Assembly (NCBI GenBank): GCA_963846255.1
Contig: CAWJVE010000001.1
Span: 2,659-66,658, forward strand
Length of the DNA stretch: 64,000 nucleotides
Source of the DNA: an uncultured Solirubrobacteraceae bacterium
Lineage (GTDB): Bacteria; Actinomycetota; Thermoleophilia; Solirubrobacterales; Solirubrobacteraceae
Direction: 5' to 3'
The position numbers and the translations under genes were made by a program. Numbering within the stretch: the first letter of the stretch is position 1; the number at the start of each line of letters is the position of its first letter. Of this stretch, positions 1 through 10,597 are shown piece after piece. Under the pieces are notes generated by a model. That model saw only the letters and a program-made list of their open reading frames with translations, searched no databases and had not been told where the DNA came from.

Positions 1-1516
1 AGGCGTGGTCGCATTGACGGGGCTCACGGGCGAATTGGTCGGCTGGACCGGAGGAGCCATCTCGGGGGGGCACACGGCCAATCAAAACGCGTGCGTCGTG
101 GAACCCCTCTCACGAGGTTTGCACGAGCAGATTGCGGCGGGATCGGGCGGAGACGTGTTCGTGCTCGCTCCGCAGTTCCTGCGTGAACAGGAAGAAGAAC
201 GAGAAATCGAAGAAGAAGAAATCGAAAACCCGCCCGGATCGGAAGAATTCGAAGTCGAACTCAGGGAAGTGATCACCTTCGAACCGCTGAAAGAACGCAC
301 AAAAAACGTGCCCGCGATCATCGAGTTCGGTCCCGGCGGTACCGGCTGCGAGGAAGCCGGCGCAGAAGGCGTCGAAGATGAAGTCAACGGCGTCACGAAA
401 CGCGAAGAAGCCCCGCCGGGCACCGAAATCACGTTCACTTCGACGCTCAAGCAGGCGGACGCGACGAAGGTGGAATGGACCTTCGAAGTCGAAGGGAAAC
501 CCGAAACCAAGAAAACCGTCGTGAAGTCGGCAGCAGAACTGCGCGTGAAGGGGAATCCCGTCGCCTCAGGCACCCCAGCGTCACGGAGGCGCTCACGGCG
601 CTTGGCAAATACACCGTCCACGAGAAGATCTACAGCGACGCGCTCGCGAACTCGTCCCAGACAGAGTTCTCGGGAGGCCACCTGGTGAGCCCGTCGTTCA
701 CACTGACGCTGGGGCACAAGCTCGAAATCACCCCCGGCAAGCCCGTCGGGAACTTCACCGTCACGCCGAGCGAAGCCGAAGCCGGCGAAGCCGTGACCCT
801 GTAAGCAAAAGTAACCGACCCCAACGGATCCGAAGGGCAACCGCTGCAATACACGTGGAACTTCGGCGACGGGACAAACGAGCGGCCCGTCGACGTCCCC
901 AAAAACCTCGCACACGTTCAGCGAAGCCAAAAGCTACACGGTCAAACTGACCGTCGAAGACAAACTGAAAAAGTCCGAAGTCTTCACCAAAACCGTGACC
1001 GTGAAGGCGGCGAAGGGAAAGTCGTCGAACCGGCCACCACCGCGCGCCGGCCACAGAAGAAACGCCCGCGGGCGTGGGCGGCTCCTCCGGAGGCGAAAGC
1101 GGCGGCGGCACCGGCGTCACCGGGAGCACGGGGACGACCGGAACCCGGGGGTGCTGTCCTACTCTGCCAGCTACAGCGCCTCGTCGACCGTCAGCAAGTC
1201 AGGCTCCGTGACGGTCACGGTCAACTGCTCCGGTCAGAGCAGCTGCGACGGGACGATCACGCTCAAGACCCTCAAGGCGTACGCGACCAAGAAGGGCAAG
1301 CCGAAGGCGATCGTCACACTCGGCAGTGCCGGCTTCAAGGTCGCCGGCGGCGCCAAGGGAGTCGTGACGATCCATCTCTCGTCGGAGGCGAGAGCGCTCT
1401 TGGCGAAATACCACACGCTGGGCACGCGAGCTGTGGTCGCAGCCACGGACTCCGCGGGTCACAGCCACCCCACGAGCGCCGCCGTGACGCTCAAGCTGCC
1501 CAAGTCGAAGCACTAG
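1..1516 (+). CDS. Large secreted/surface protein with PKD (Ig-like) domains, 5'-truncated, split by apparent indels
   Basis: Pieces in three frames (5-688, 475-804, 995-1516) join into a Glu-rich region, PKD-like motifs (KVEWTFEVEG; VTDPNGSEGQPLQYTWNFGDG; YTVKLTVED), a G/S/T linker and a basic C-terminal beta domain ending VTLKLPKSKH*. Confidence 0.65.
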
Positions 1517-1533
1517 CCCGACGGCCCCCAAAG

Positions 1534-1573
1534 TTGTTGCAGAGATGTTGACGGTATGTAACGGCGATGTAAG
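1534..1573 (+). promoter_or_regulatory. Four 11-bp-periodic direct repeats (PhoB/OmpR-type box) upstream of the PstS-like gene
   Basis: TTGTTGC(1534), ATGTTGA(1545), ATGTAAC(1556) and ATGTAAG(1567) are spaced exactly 11 nt apart and resemble TGTCA pho-box half-sites. Confidence 0.55.
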
Positions 1574-1733
1574 CGCCGCGTACTCCGAATCATAACTTTT
1601 GCGGACTTCGGGTCTGGGAGTCTTGCGATTGGGGGGCAAGTTGTTTCCCCGGCAGAGGGAGGGGCGGAGCTCCTCCAAGTAAGTAACCGGAACAAGTAAG
1701 CAACGGAACCTGCTACCAGGAGGTAGTCACCCA

Positions 1734-3234
1734 ATGAAATCCCTGTCTGCTCGCGGGGTCATTCCTGCGTGCGCGGTCGCTCGGAGCACTCGCTGCCGCG
1801 GCCGTCATCCCGAGTGTCGCGAGCGCAGCCGAACAGTGCTCGGGCGCCAACGATCCGCGGGAAAGGCTCTTCCGCGCAGAAGCTGATCCAGCACAAAATC
1901 TGGAACAAACAGTTCAACACGTCCGCCAACCCGCTCGCGTGCGCGGGACGCAGGGCAACCACGCGACGCCGGCGGTCACGTACGAATCGACCGGCAGTGG
2001 CGAAGGCCTCGAATCGTGGGGCATCGAAAAAACAGTGCGCGCAAGAACTGTGGTTTGGCCCCGGCAACGCATTCATCGGCACCGAGATCGCGCCGAACGC
2101 CAACCAGGAGGAAGAAATCCTCAGCCACACCGCGAACGCGGGACCAAGGTCCTGACGATCCCGGTCGCTCAGATGGCGATCGCGGTCATCATGCACATGC
2201 CGAAAGGCTGCAGCGTGACCGGCGGGCCGCTACCACGGCCGGCACGATCGCGCTGAAGGCGAAGACCGTCGAGCAGATCTTCGAAGGCAAGACCACCGTG
2301 TGGAAGAAGATCCTCAACAAAGCCAAGTTCGTCGGCAAGTGACCACTGGCAGCGGCAAGGAAGAAAAGAAGAAAGAGAAGGAAGAAGTAAAGGCGTGCGA
2401 TAACGCCCCGATCATGCGCGTAGTGCGTGAAGACGGCTCGGGCACGACCGGACCAGTTCAAGAAATTCCTGAACATCCTGTCCAAGAACAAGCCCGTGAT
2501 CGGTACGGAAACGTGGTCGCAGAAGGGCGAAAAAGCCCTGAACACCACGTGGCCGAACGAAGGCACGGACCCCGTCGAGAGAGGCAAAGGGGGCGGCGGA
2601 CTCGTGACGAAGGTGGTGCGAAACCGAAGGCAGCATCGGCTACGCGAACGTCGCGGACGCTCGCGCCAACGCAGCCTTCGATCCCGAGCTAGTCCGAAGG
2701 CGGCACGGGTGGCCCCGGGACGAGCATCTTCTGGGCCGAAGTCGAAAACGCCAAAGGACAAATACGCCAACCCTGCAACCAACGGCGAGAACAAAAGCCT
2801 CGGAACTCGAACTGCAACGAAACCGCATACTCGAACTTCGAAGGCACGAAACCCTTCCCGCCCCCGTCGACGACGGAACCGTGGAACGGCGTCGCAGCGG
2901 CACTGACGCAGAAAAACTACTCCATCTGCTGCGCTGACATACGACATCGCGCTGACCCACTACAAAGGGCTGGCGAAGTCGGCGGTGCCCTTGAAGCAAA
3001 GAAGGCATCGAAGCGGGCAGGCTGGGAGAGCGTGAAGCTCGGCGAAACCGGCGAAGCGAAGAAGCCGAGGCGAAGGCCGTCTCTGACTACATCCGGTACG
3101 AGCTCAGCACCGGTGCCGGTGGAGCCCAGGAAGCCGCCGAAGGGCAGGACTACCTGGGTGACCCGACCAACGCGGAACCGAAACTCAACGTCCGCAAACT
3201 CGCCGAAGAAGGCGCAGAAAAAATCGGCTTCTAG
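1734..3234 (+). CDS. PstS-like phosphate ABC substrate-binding protein (multiple apparent frameshifts)
   Basis: AGGAGG RBS at 1718 and ATG at 1734. Motifs across frames: IRGKGSSAQ, YESTGSGEG, IPVAQMAIAVI, RVVREDGSGTT, SIGYANVADA. Ends KLAEEGAEKIGF*. Confidence 0.7.
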
Positions 3235-3240
3235 CCAGCT

Positions 3241-4342
3241 CTAGGACGCTGCTCGCGCCTGGCAGCGTCGAGGAGCTAGAGGCCGAGAAGCATCGATCGG
3301 CCGGGCGGCAAGGAAGACCGCCCGGCCGGTCTGCGTCTCAGTGCGGTCCCCGGCTCGGGGATCCGACGCTCGCCGTCTAGTCGCCTCCGGCCGAGCGGGC
3401 GACTCGGCGATCGCGAGGTCTTCGAGCGTCACGTCCGGGCCCTGCTCGGCGGCAAGTTTGGCGGAGGCCCCCAGCGTCTCCCACGGGCGCTTGACCGCGA
3501 GCCATATGCCCCCGGCGCCCAGCAGCGTCGCGCACAGGACCCAGCCGAGGGCTTCGGTCCCGAGGCCGACGTACTTCAGCCCCGAGGCGAAGATCACGAA
3601 GGTGATCACGGGCCGGATGTAGCGATCGGGCGCGGTCGAGGAGAACAGCGAGCCGACGAACACCGCGGGGACGCTGCCGATGATCAGCGAGAGGGTGACG
3701 CCGAATTCGACGTGCCCGAAGGCGAGCGGCCCCGAGGGCCGCCGCTGCCGTCAGCGGGACGGCCTGGGTGAGGTCGGTGCCGACCAGCTGGTTGGCACCG
3801 ATGGTGGGGTACAGGAACAGCATCAGGATGATCATCAGCGAGCCGGAGCCGACCGAGGTCATGCCGACGACGACACCGCCGATCATGCCGATCAGGACCG
3901 TCCGCACGGGACGCGGGACGATGTCCTGGATGAAGGAGTAGCGGCCCTCGCCGGAGCGCAGGTCGAGCGTGTAGCGCAGGACCATCGCGGCCGCTCCCAC
4001 CAGCAGCGCCACGCCGAGCACCGTCTCCACGTTCGTCTGCGCCGACTTGGAGTTGCCGATGATGTGCAACAGATAGGCGCCCAGGAAGGCCATCGGCACC
4101 GAGCCCAGCACCAGCCAGCCGACGAGCTTGCGGTTGACCGTGCCTTTGCGCAGGTGCACGCTCGCGCCCACCGGGCGCATCACGACGGCGGCGACGAGGT
4201 CGCTGGAGATCGCGTGCGAGGGAGTGACACCGAACAGCAGGATCAGCATCGGCGTCATCAGCGCCCCGCCGCCCGCGCCGGTCATTCCGACCAGGAAGCC
4301 CACCACGGCGCTCCCGAGCACGATGTAGGGATCTATATGCAT
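3241..4342 (-). CDS. Sulfite exporter TauE/SafE family membrane protein (one frameshift near 3730)
   Basis: GFLVGMTGAGGGALMTPML, GMTSVGSGSLMI and LVGTDLTQAVPL are typical TSUP repeats. The C-terminus continues in the 3241-3663 frame. Confidence 0.85.
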
Positions 4343-4655
4343 GACTGGTGCTCGACCGGGGTACTCGTGGAGCGCATGTCGCGCCAATCCGCCACCCGCG
4401 GCTCCTCCGTCCTCTCCCGAGCAGCGGAAGATAGCGCGACCGCCTCCGCTCGGGGAGCGGAGCCGTTCGGGGCGGCCCGGTGGGCCGCTGCACAGGAGGG
4501 ATGAGTGGGCGCGGACATACCGGGGTTGCGCTCGCTCGCGGCGGTGATTATGATGCGCGACGCGCGACGAGATTTGACCAATCTCGACATTTCTTGGGGT
4601 AATCCGGACGAGGGGCAGCGCTAGGGTCCGGGAGAGGCAAGGAGGCGGGGAGTAG

Positions 4656-6161
4656 ATGAGTGTCGAGGCGGGGAGTGGGACCGACAAGGGATTCCTGAGT
4701 CCGCCGGTAGCGATCCCTCGCGGGGGGCTACTGCGCCGCCGGCGCTTTACGCTGGCACCCGGGATATCCGAGGCGCGCGGGCCGAGCGCCTGTCTGCGCC
4801 GGGATGCGCTGTTCCGTCGCATGCTGCTGATCGCCGACCTGCTCGCGGTCGTCGGCGCCTTCGTGATGACGGTCGAGTTCTCCCACCGCTCGGTGGCGCT
4901 GACCTGGTACGCGCTCGCCGCGCTGCCGATCGTGGTCGTCTGCGCCAAGCTGCTCGGCCTCTACGATCGCGACGAGGCCCTGATCCGCAAGACGACCCTG
5001 GACGAGGCCCCGAAGCTGTTCGAGTTGGCCACGCTGGTGGCGCTGCTGGGGTGGCTTGCGGGTGGGATGTTCGTGTCCGGGCACCTCGACCGCCACGAGG
5101 CGCTGTTCCTGTGGCTCTCGCTGGCCGTGCTGCTCGTCGTCCTGCGCGCCGGGGCCCGGCAGCTGGCGCTGCGCATCGCGCCGATCGAGCGCTGCCTGTT
5201 CATCGGCGATGAGCTCTCGGCCGAGACGATCCGCTCGCGCCTGACCGGCCACGGCGGGGTCCGCGCCGACCTGGTCGCCCACCTGGACCTCGACAAGGTC
5301 GGCCCGTGGTCCACCGACAGCTTCTCCGAAGCCCGTCTGGCCGAGATCCGCGACCTCGCCCAGACGCTCGACGTGCACCGGGCGATCATCGCCCCCCGCA
5401 GCGTCGACGCGGGCGAGATGCTGAACCTGGTGCGGACCCTGAAGGCCGTCGGCGTCCGCGTCAGCCTGCTGCCCCGCCTGCTCGAGGTGGTGGGCTCCTC
5501 GGTCGAGTTCGACGACCTCCACGGCGTCACCGTGATGGGGGTCCGGCGCTTCGACCTGACCCGCTCCTCGGCCCGCTTCAAACGCATCTTCGACCTCCTC
5601 GGGGCCTCCATCGGACTCATCGCCATCTCGCCCCTGTTGATCGTGATCGGGGTCGCCATCAAGCTCGACAGCAACGGCCCGGTGCTCTTCCGCCAGCTCC
5701 GCGTGGGCCGGCACGGCAAGCGCTTCTACATGCTCAAGTTCCGCACCATGGTCACCAACGCCGAGGAGCTCAAGGACGGCCTGCGGGACCGCAACGAGGC
5801 CAAGGATGGTCTCTTCAAGATCGCCGAGGACCCGCGCGTGACCCGCATCGGACGGCTCCTGCGCCGCAGCGCACTGGACGAGCTGCCCCAGCTGTGGAAC
5901 ATCGTGCGCGGGGAGATGAGCCTCGTCGGGCCCCGGCCCCTGGTCGTCGACGAGGATCAGCGCGTGGAGGGCTGGCACCGCCGCCGTCTGGAGCTGATGC
6001 CCGGGATGACCGGCCCCTGGCAGATCCTCGGGCCGGCCCGCGTGCCGCTACGGGAGATGGTCGCGATCGATTACCTGTACGTCGCCAACTGGAACCTGTG
6101 GAGCGACGTCAAGATCCTGCTGCGCACCGTCCCCCACGTGCTCTGCCGTCGCGGTCTCTGA
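4656..6161 (+). CDS. Priming polyprenyl-phosphate glycosylphosphotransferase (WcaJ/WbaP-like sugar transferase)
   Basis: N-terminal TM helices plus a Bac_transf domain: KRIFD, KFRTM, DPRVTRIGRLLRRSALDELPQLWNIVRGEMSLVGPRP, PGMTG. Confidence 0.95.
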   Translation: MSVEAGSGTDKGFLSPPVAIPRGGLLRRRRFTLAPGISEARGPSACLRRDALFRRMLLIADLLAVVGAFVMTVEFSHRSVALTWYALAALPIVVVCAKLLGLYDRDEALIRKTTLDEAPKLFELATLVALLGWLAGGMFVSGHLDRHEALFLWLSLAVLLVVLRAGARQLALRIAPIERCLFIGDELSAETIRSRLTGHGGVRADLVAHLDLDKVGPWSTDSFSEARLAEIRDLAQTLDVHRAIIAPRSVDAGEMLNLVRTLKAVGVRVSLLPRLLEVVGSSVEFDDLHGVTVMGVRRFDLTRSSARFKRIFDLLGASIGLIAISPLLIVIGVAIKLDSNGPVLFRQLRVGRHGKRFYMLKFRTMVTNAEELKDGLRDRNEAKDGLFKIAEDPRVTRIGRLLRRSALDELPQLWNIVRGEMSLVGPRPLVVDEDQRVEGWHRRRLELMPGMTGPWQILGPARVPLREMVAIDYLYVANWNLWSDVKILLRTVPHVLCRRGL

Positions 6162-6374
6162 CCGGCGCCGGGGGGGCCGCCGACAGGCGCCGCTCGCGGC
6201 GCTCACAGGGGGCTTGGGAGCCCTCCACGGACCAGTCGTCGTAGTGGCTGCGACTCTCCGGTGCTGCCGTTCATAGAGGGCCGCGTCACCGCGGGCCGCG
6301 CCGCGGCACAGGAGCACGACCATGGCCGCGATCGTGATCCACACGCTTGGAATGATGAGCAGCAGCGTTGACAT
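6048..6374 (-). CDS. Small hypothetical membrane protein
   Basis: GGAGGA RBS before ATG and a single TM helix MSTLLLIIPSVWITIAAMVVLLCRGAARGD. The 3' end is uncertain because it overlaps the sugar transferase. Confidence 0.4.
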   Translation of the reverse strand: MSTLLLIIPSVWITIAAMVVLLCRGAARGDAALYERQHRRVAATTTTGPWRAPKPPVSAASGACRRPPRRRSETATAEHVGDGAQQDLDVAPQVPVGDVQVIDRDHLP

Positions 6375-6472
6375 CGGGTCCTCCGGCCTCCGCGGGTTCG
6401 ATCGCTCCTCCCGCATCGGCCCTGCGGGCCGCGAGCTTGAATGCTCCGCTCAGGTGCGGCCGGAACTTCTAG

Positions 6473-7651
6473 TCAGCGCTGTTCGAGCGCCTTCTCGAGC
6501 TCTGCCTGCAGCGCCCGGCGGAAGGCGGCCACGGAGAAGCGCTGCGCGTTGGCGACCGCGTCCCGGGGGTCGAACGACAGCTTCTGCAGGTCTTCGATGG
6601 CCCGCCGGAAGTCCTCCACGTCGTCCAGCTGCGCGAGCAGGCCGGTGCGGCCCTCCACCACCGTCTCCAGCGCTCCTCCGGCGCGCGCGGCGATCACCGG
6701 CCGTCCGGCGGCCTGGGCCTCCACGGCGGTGATCCCGAACTCCTCCATTCCCGGGACCAGCACCGCCCGCGCGCCGGCGTACAGCCCGGCCAGCTCGCCG
6801 TCGTCCACCCGGCCCAGGAAGCGGGCCTCGGGGTATGCGCCGGCGAGGACGTCGTGGTCGGGGCCGGATCCCGCCACCGCGATCGGGGCCTGCGCCCGGC
6901 GGGCGGCCTCGAGGGCCACCGCGACGCGCTTGTGGGCGACGAGCTCCGACACCAGCAGCAACTCGTCCCCCGGCACGCCGGGGGCGAAGCGGGTCGTCTC
7001 CACGGGCGGATGTACGACCGCCGCCTCGCGGCCGTAGAAGCTCCTGATGCGCTCGCGGGTGAGCAGCGAGTTGGCCACGTAGCGGTCCACCCGCCGGCTG
7101 GCCGCTAGGTCCCAGCGGCGGATCATCGCGAGCACTCCCCGCATCGGCCCTCTGAGGACGGCCGGGGTCTCCGCGAGGGCACGCTCCCGCTCGTGCCAGA
7201 CGTAGCGGAACGGACTGTGGCAGTAGCAAAGGTGGACGGCGCCGGCCGGCGCCCGGATGCCATGCGCGAAGGCGCTGCTGCTGCTGATCAGGGCGTCGCA
7301 CGGGGGCGCCGTCAGGCGGCTGGCGGCCGCGGGGTAGAGGGGCAGCATGCGCCGGAAGTTGCTCTGGTCGGCGCCCAGCCGCTGCAGCGGCGAGGTGGTC
7401 ACCGAGTGCCCCTGAAAGCGCCACCCGAGCGCCTGCTGGTCGTACAGCAGGGTGAGGATCGGAGCCCGCTCGAACATGTCGCTGATGGCGGCGAACACGC
7501 GCTCGGCCCCGCGCATCACGAGCAGGTAGTCGTGGGCCAGTGCCACCCGGGCCGTGGGGGCTGCAGCCGCCGCCTTTCGGTCGGTGCCGCCGGGCCTCGC
7601 CGCTGTCGCCCCGCCCGGGGCGCCGGAGCCCCACGCGGGGAGATCGCTCAT
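6473..7651 (-). CDS. GT4 glycosyltransferase (WbaZ-like mannosyltransferase type)
   Basis: VALAHDYLLVMRGAERV, YCHSPFRYVW, EEFGITAVEAQAAGRPVIA. Confidence 0.9.
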   Translation of the reverse strand: MSDLPAWGSGAPGGATAARPGGTDRKAAAAAPTARVALAHDYLLVMRGAERVFAAISDMFERAPILTLLYDQQALGWRFQGHSVTTSPLQRLGADQSNFRRMLPLYPAAASRLTAPPCDALISSSSAFAHGIRAPAGAVHLCYCHSPFRYVWHERERALAETPAVLRGPMRGVLAMIRRWDLAASRRVDRYVANSLLTRERIRSFYGREAAVVHPPVETTRFAPGVPGDELLLVSELVAHKRVAVALEAARRAQAPIAVAGSGPDHDVLAGAYPEARFLGRVDDGELAGLYAGARAVLVPGMEEFGITAVEAQAAGRPVIAARAGGALETVVEGRTGLLAQLDDVEDFRRAIEDLQKLSFDPRDAVANAQRFSVAAFRRALQAELEKALEQR

Positions 7652-7693
7652 GCCGCGCAGGCTAGCTGCCCTACGCGGGGCCGGGGCGCCGAT

Positions 7694-8467
7694 ATGTTCA
7701 GGGCCATGTCCGACCAGATGCTGCGGCTGCTCGGCTGGCGCTCGCTGCTGATCCACGGCGACCCATGCGTGCTGGATCGCTGGCTGTGGCTGCGTTCGCA
7801 CCTGCGCACGGGTCCGCTGCGGACGCTCGACGCGGGCTGCGGCAACGGAGCCTTCAGCATCTTCGCCGCCCGCGAGGGGAACGAGGTCCTGGCCACGTCG
7901 TTCTCCGAGCGCGAGCTCGACGACGCCCGTCGCCGGACAGAGCTGCTCGGGCTCGGGGGCGTGGAGTTCGCGGTGCTCGACCTGCGCGACATCGAGCAGC
8001 GCCGCGAGGAGCTCGGGAGCTTCGAGCAGATCATCTGCCTGGAGACGATCGAGCACCTCAGCGATGACCGTGGCCTGTTCGTCTCGCTGGCGTCCCTGTT
8101 GCGGCCCGGGGGGCGGCTGCTGCTCACCACGCCCTACGACCGCCACCGGCCGTTGTACACCGAGCAGCGTCACCCGAGCGCGGTCGAGGACGGGTCCCAC
8201 GTGCGCTACGGCTACTCGCCGGAGCGCCTCGCCGAGTTGGCCCTCGAGGCCGGGTTGCAGCCGCAGCCGGCGGGGTTTGTGAGTGGCCTGGTCTCCCAGC
8301 TGCTGACGAACCTGATGCGGCGCCTGACGGGGCGGTTCGGGCGCATGCCCGCGTGGGCCCTGATGCTGCCGCTGCGCCCGCTGGTGGTACTCGACCGCCC
8401 GCTGACCCGGCTGCTGCGCTACCCCTACCTGTCGGTCGCGATCGTGGCCACGCGCGGCGAGGAGTGA
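7694..8467 (+). CDS. Class I SAM-dependent methyltransferase
   Basis: LDAGCGNG motif I; IICLETIEHL; LRPGGRLLLTTP. Confidence 0.88.
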   Translation: MFRAMSDQMLRLLGWRSLLIHGDPCVLDRWLWLRSHLRTGPLRTLDAGCGNGAFSIFAAREGNEVLATSFSERELDDARRRTELLGLGGVEFAVLDLRDIEQRREELGSFEQIICLETIEHLSDDRGLFVSLASLLRPGGRLLLTTPYDRHRPLYTEQRHPSAVEDGSHVRYGYSPERLAELALEAGLQPQPAGFVSGLVSQLLTNLMRRLTGRFGRMPAWALMLPLRPLVVLDRPLTRLLRYPYLSVAIVATRGEE

Positions 8468-8471
8468 CCCG

Positions 8472-9377
8472 CTAGGCGCCCCCCGCCAGGTGTGCGAAGT
8501 TGGGCCACAGGGAGAGGTCGAGCTCCGGGAAGTCGCGGATCAGGCGCATCACATCGTCGCTGTAGGCCTCGACGTAGGCCGCCCGCGTCGCGGGGTCGAG
8601 CTGCGGCTTCTCGTCACGGCGGCGGGGGTGGGCCTCCAGGCCGGCGATCGGCGCGTCCCCGCCCACACCGAGGAAGGCGAACGTGCGCCGCAGCTCGGTC
8701 TCGGGCTCGGCCGCACAACGCTCGTACTGGAGCACGAGCAGTCGGGAGCGGTCGAAGTGACGGGTGAGCTCGCACAGCTCGGCGTGGTAGAGGCCGCGCA
8801 CGAAGGCCGCCAGCGGGGCGTGGCGGCTCAGCGCCATACCACGGCGTTCGGCCACCGCGGCGTCGAGGGCGAGGCCCGAGATGAGCCGCTCGACGGGGTC
8901 TCTGAGGATCATCAGCAGCCGCGCCTCGGGCGCGGCCCGAGCGAGCAGCGGCGGGATCCAGGGTGCGCTCGCGTACAACGGCGTCCACTCGCCCACCTTC
9001 TGACCGTGCGGGCGCGGGAAGTACTGCTGGTAGGCGGCGAGGTCGTCCTCGCTGAAGCCTCCCGAGTGGAAGCGGTCGAAGAAGTGGAGCTCCTTCATCG
9101 CCACCGGCCGGGCGATCTCCGGGTGGGCGGCGATCAGGTTGTACCAGCGGGTCGTACCGCAGCGCTGGAAGCCAACGCCGACGAAGTCCGGCGGGCCGGT
9201 GGTCCATCCCGGTGGCGCCTGCGGCGGCGCGGGGGGCGTGTCCACGCCGCCATTCCAATCGCCAGGGCCGACGCCGGTCCGGGCGGCCTCTTCGCCGCGC
9301 AGCAGCCCGGCCAGGCGCGCCCGCGCCGACCGCCAGCGGCTCGCTCGTGTTCTGGGCGCTGGTGCTGGCATGGTCAC
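8472..9377 (-). CDS. PAPS-dependent sulfotransferase (divergent copy)
   Basis: PPDFVGVGFQRCGTT (5'-PSB loop), KELHFFD, GEWTPLY, LRDPVERLIS (3'-PB). Confidence 0.9.
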   Translation of the reverse strand: MTMPAPAPRTRASRWRSARARLAGLLRGEEAARTGVGPGDWNGGVDTPPAPPQAPPGWTTGPPDFVGVGFQRCGTTRWYNLIAAHPEIARPVAMKELHFFDRFHSGGFSEDDLAAYQQYFPRPHGQKVGEWTPLYASAPWIPPLLARAAPEARLLMILRDPVERLISGLALDAAVAERRGMALSRHAPLAAFVRGLYHAELCELTRHFDRSRLLVLQYERCAAEPETELRRTFAFLGVGGDAPIAGLEAHPRRRDEKPQLDPATRAAYVEAYSDDVMRLIRDFPELDLSLWPNFAHLAGGA

Positions 9378-9445
9378 TCGGACTCGGCCCGCGGGCCGTC
9401 GGCATCCTAACGGGCGCGCCCCGGCGCTTTGGGTAGGCTCGATGC

Positions 9446-10594
9446 GTGTCCGGCCAGCCGCTGCGGCTCCTCTTCACGCTGCCGTGGGCGACTCGCTCGG
9501 GTGGCGCCGAGGAGATGCTCCAGGCGCTGGTCCAAGGCGGCCCGGCCCACGGCTACGAGTCCGAGCTCGTGTTCCTGCAGGGGGGTCCGTGGCCGGAGCA
9601 GCTTCGCGCCGAAGGTCTCTCGGTTCACGTGCTCGGGGTTGGCCGCGTGCGCCAGCTGCACCTGGGTGCGCGGGCGATCCTGAGGCTCGCCCGCATCCTG
9701 CGCTCGCGGCGGCCCGACGTGATCGTCAACTGGGTGGGCAAGACCCAGCTTTACGGCGCTCCCGCGGCCGTGCTCGCGGGGCTCGGCGAGCGTGTGGTGT
9801 GGTGGCAGCACGCGATCCCCGGCGACCACTGGCTCGACCGTGCCGCCACCGCGCTGCCGGCCGCCGCGATCGGCTGCACCTCACACGCCGCGGCCGAGGC
9901 ACAGAGCGGGATCCGCCCAGCGAGGCCGATGTTCGTGGTTGCGGCCGGGACCCCGATTCCCGAGCACACCGCACCCGAGCGCGCGACGGCGGGGAACGGA
10001 GGGCTGCCCGCCGGCACGCTGCTGATCGGCCTTGTTGGCCGCCTGCAGCCGTGGAAGGGGCAGGACCGGCTCGTGCGGTCGGCGGCGCTCCTGCGCGAGC
10101 GCGGCCACGAGGTTCACGTGCTGCTCGTGGGCGGCGACTCGTGGGGGCTGGCGCCGGAGTATGCGCGTGCGCTGCCGCGGCTGATCGCCGAGCTGGAGAT
10201 GGACGAGCACGTCACGATGACGGGCGAGGTGGCGGACGCGGGGCCGTACATTGAGCGCATGGACGTGCTCGTCAACGCCTCTGACCCGGAGCCCTTCGGG
10301 ATCACGCTGCTCGAGGGCATGGCCCGCGGCGTGGCGGTGGTAGCGGTGGACAGGGGCGGCCCCAGGGAGATCGTCGAAGACGGAGTCACCGGCGTGCTCG
10401 CGCACAGCGGCGATCCGTCCGCGCTGGCCGACGCGATCGAGCCGCTGCTGGCCTTTCCCGAGCGGCGGGGCCAGCTGGCGGCGGCCGGTCGCGAGCGCCA
10501 GCGGGCCGAGTTCAGCGACGACGCGATGTGCCGCCGCTTCGCGGAGCAGATGCGCCTGCTGGTGGCCGCCCGCGGGCCCACGCGGGACGGGTAG
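9446..10594 (+). CDS. GT4 glycosyltransferase
   Basis: SGGAEEM, VGRLQPWKGQD, EPFGITLLEGMARG. Confidence 0.92.
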   Translation: MSGQPLRLLFTLPWATRSGGAEEMLQALVQGGPAHGYESELVFLQGGPWPEQLRAEGLSVHVLGVGRVRQLHLGARAILRLARILRSRRPDVIVNWVGKTQLYGAPAAVLAGLGERVVWWQHAIPGDHWLDRAATALPAAAIGCTSHAAAEAQSGIRPARPMFVVAAGTPIPEHTAPERATAGNGGLPAGTLLIGLVGRLQPWKGQDRLVRSAALLRERGHEVHVLLVGGDSWGLAPEYARALPRLIAELEMDEHVTMTGEVADAGPYIERMDVLVNASDPEPFGITLLEGMARGVAVVAVDRGGPREIVEDGVTGVLAHSGDPSALADAIEPLLAFPERRGQLAAAGRERQRAEFSDDAMCRRFAEQMRLLVAARGPTRDG

Positions 10595-10597
10595 GCG

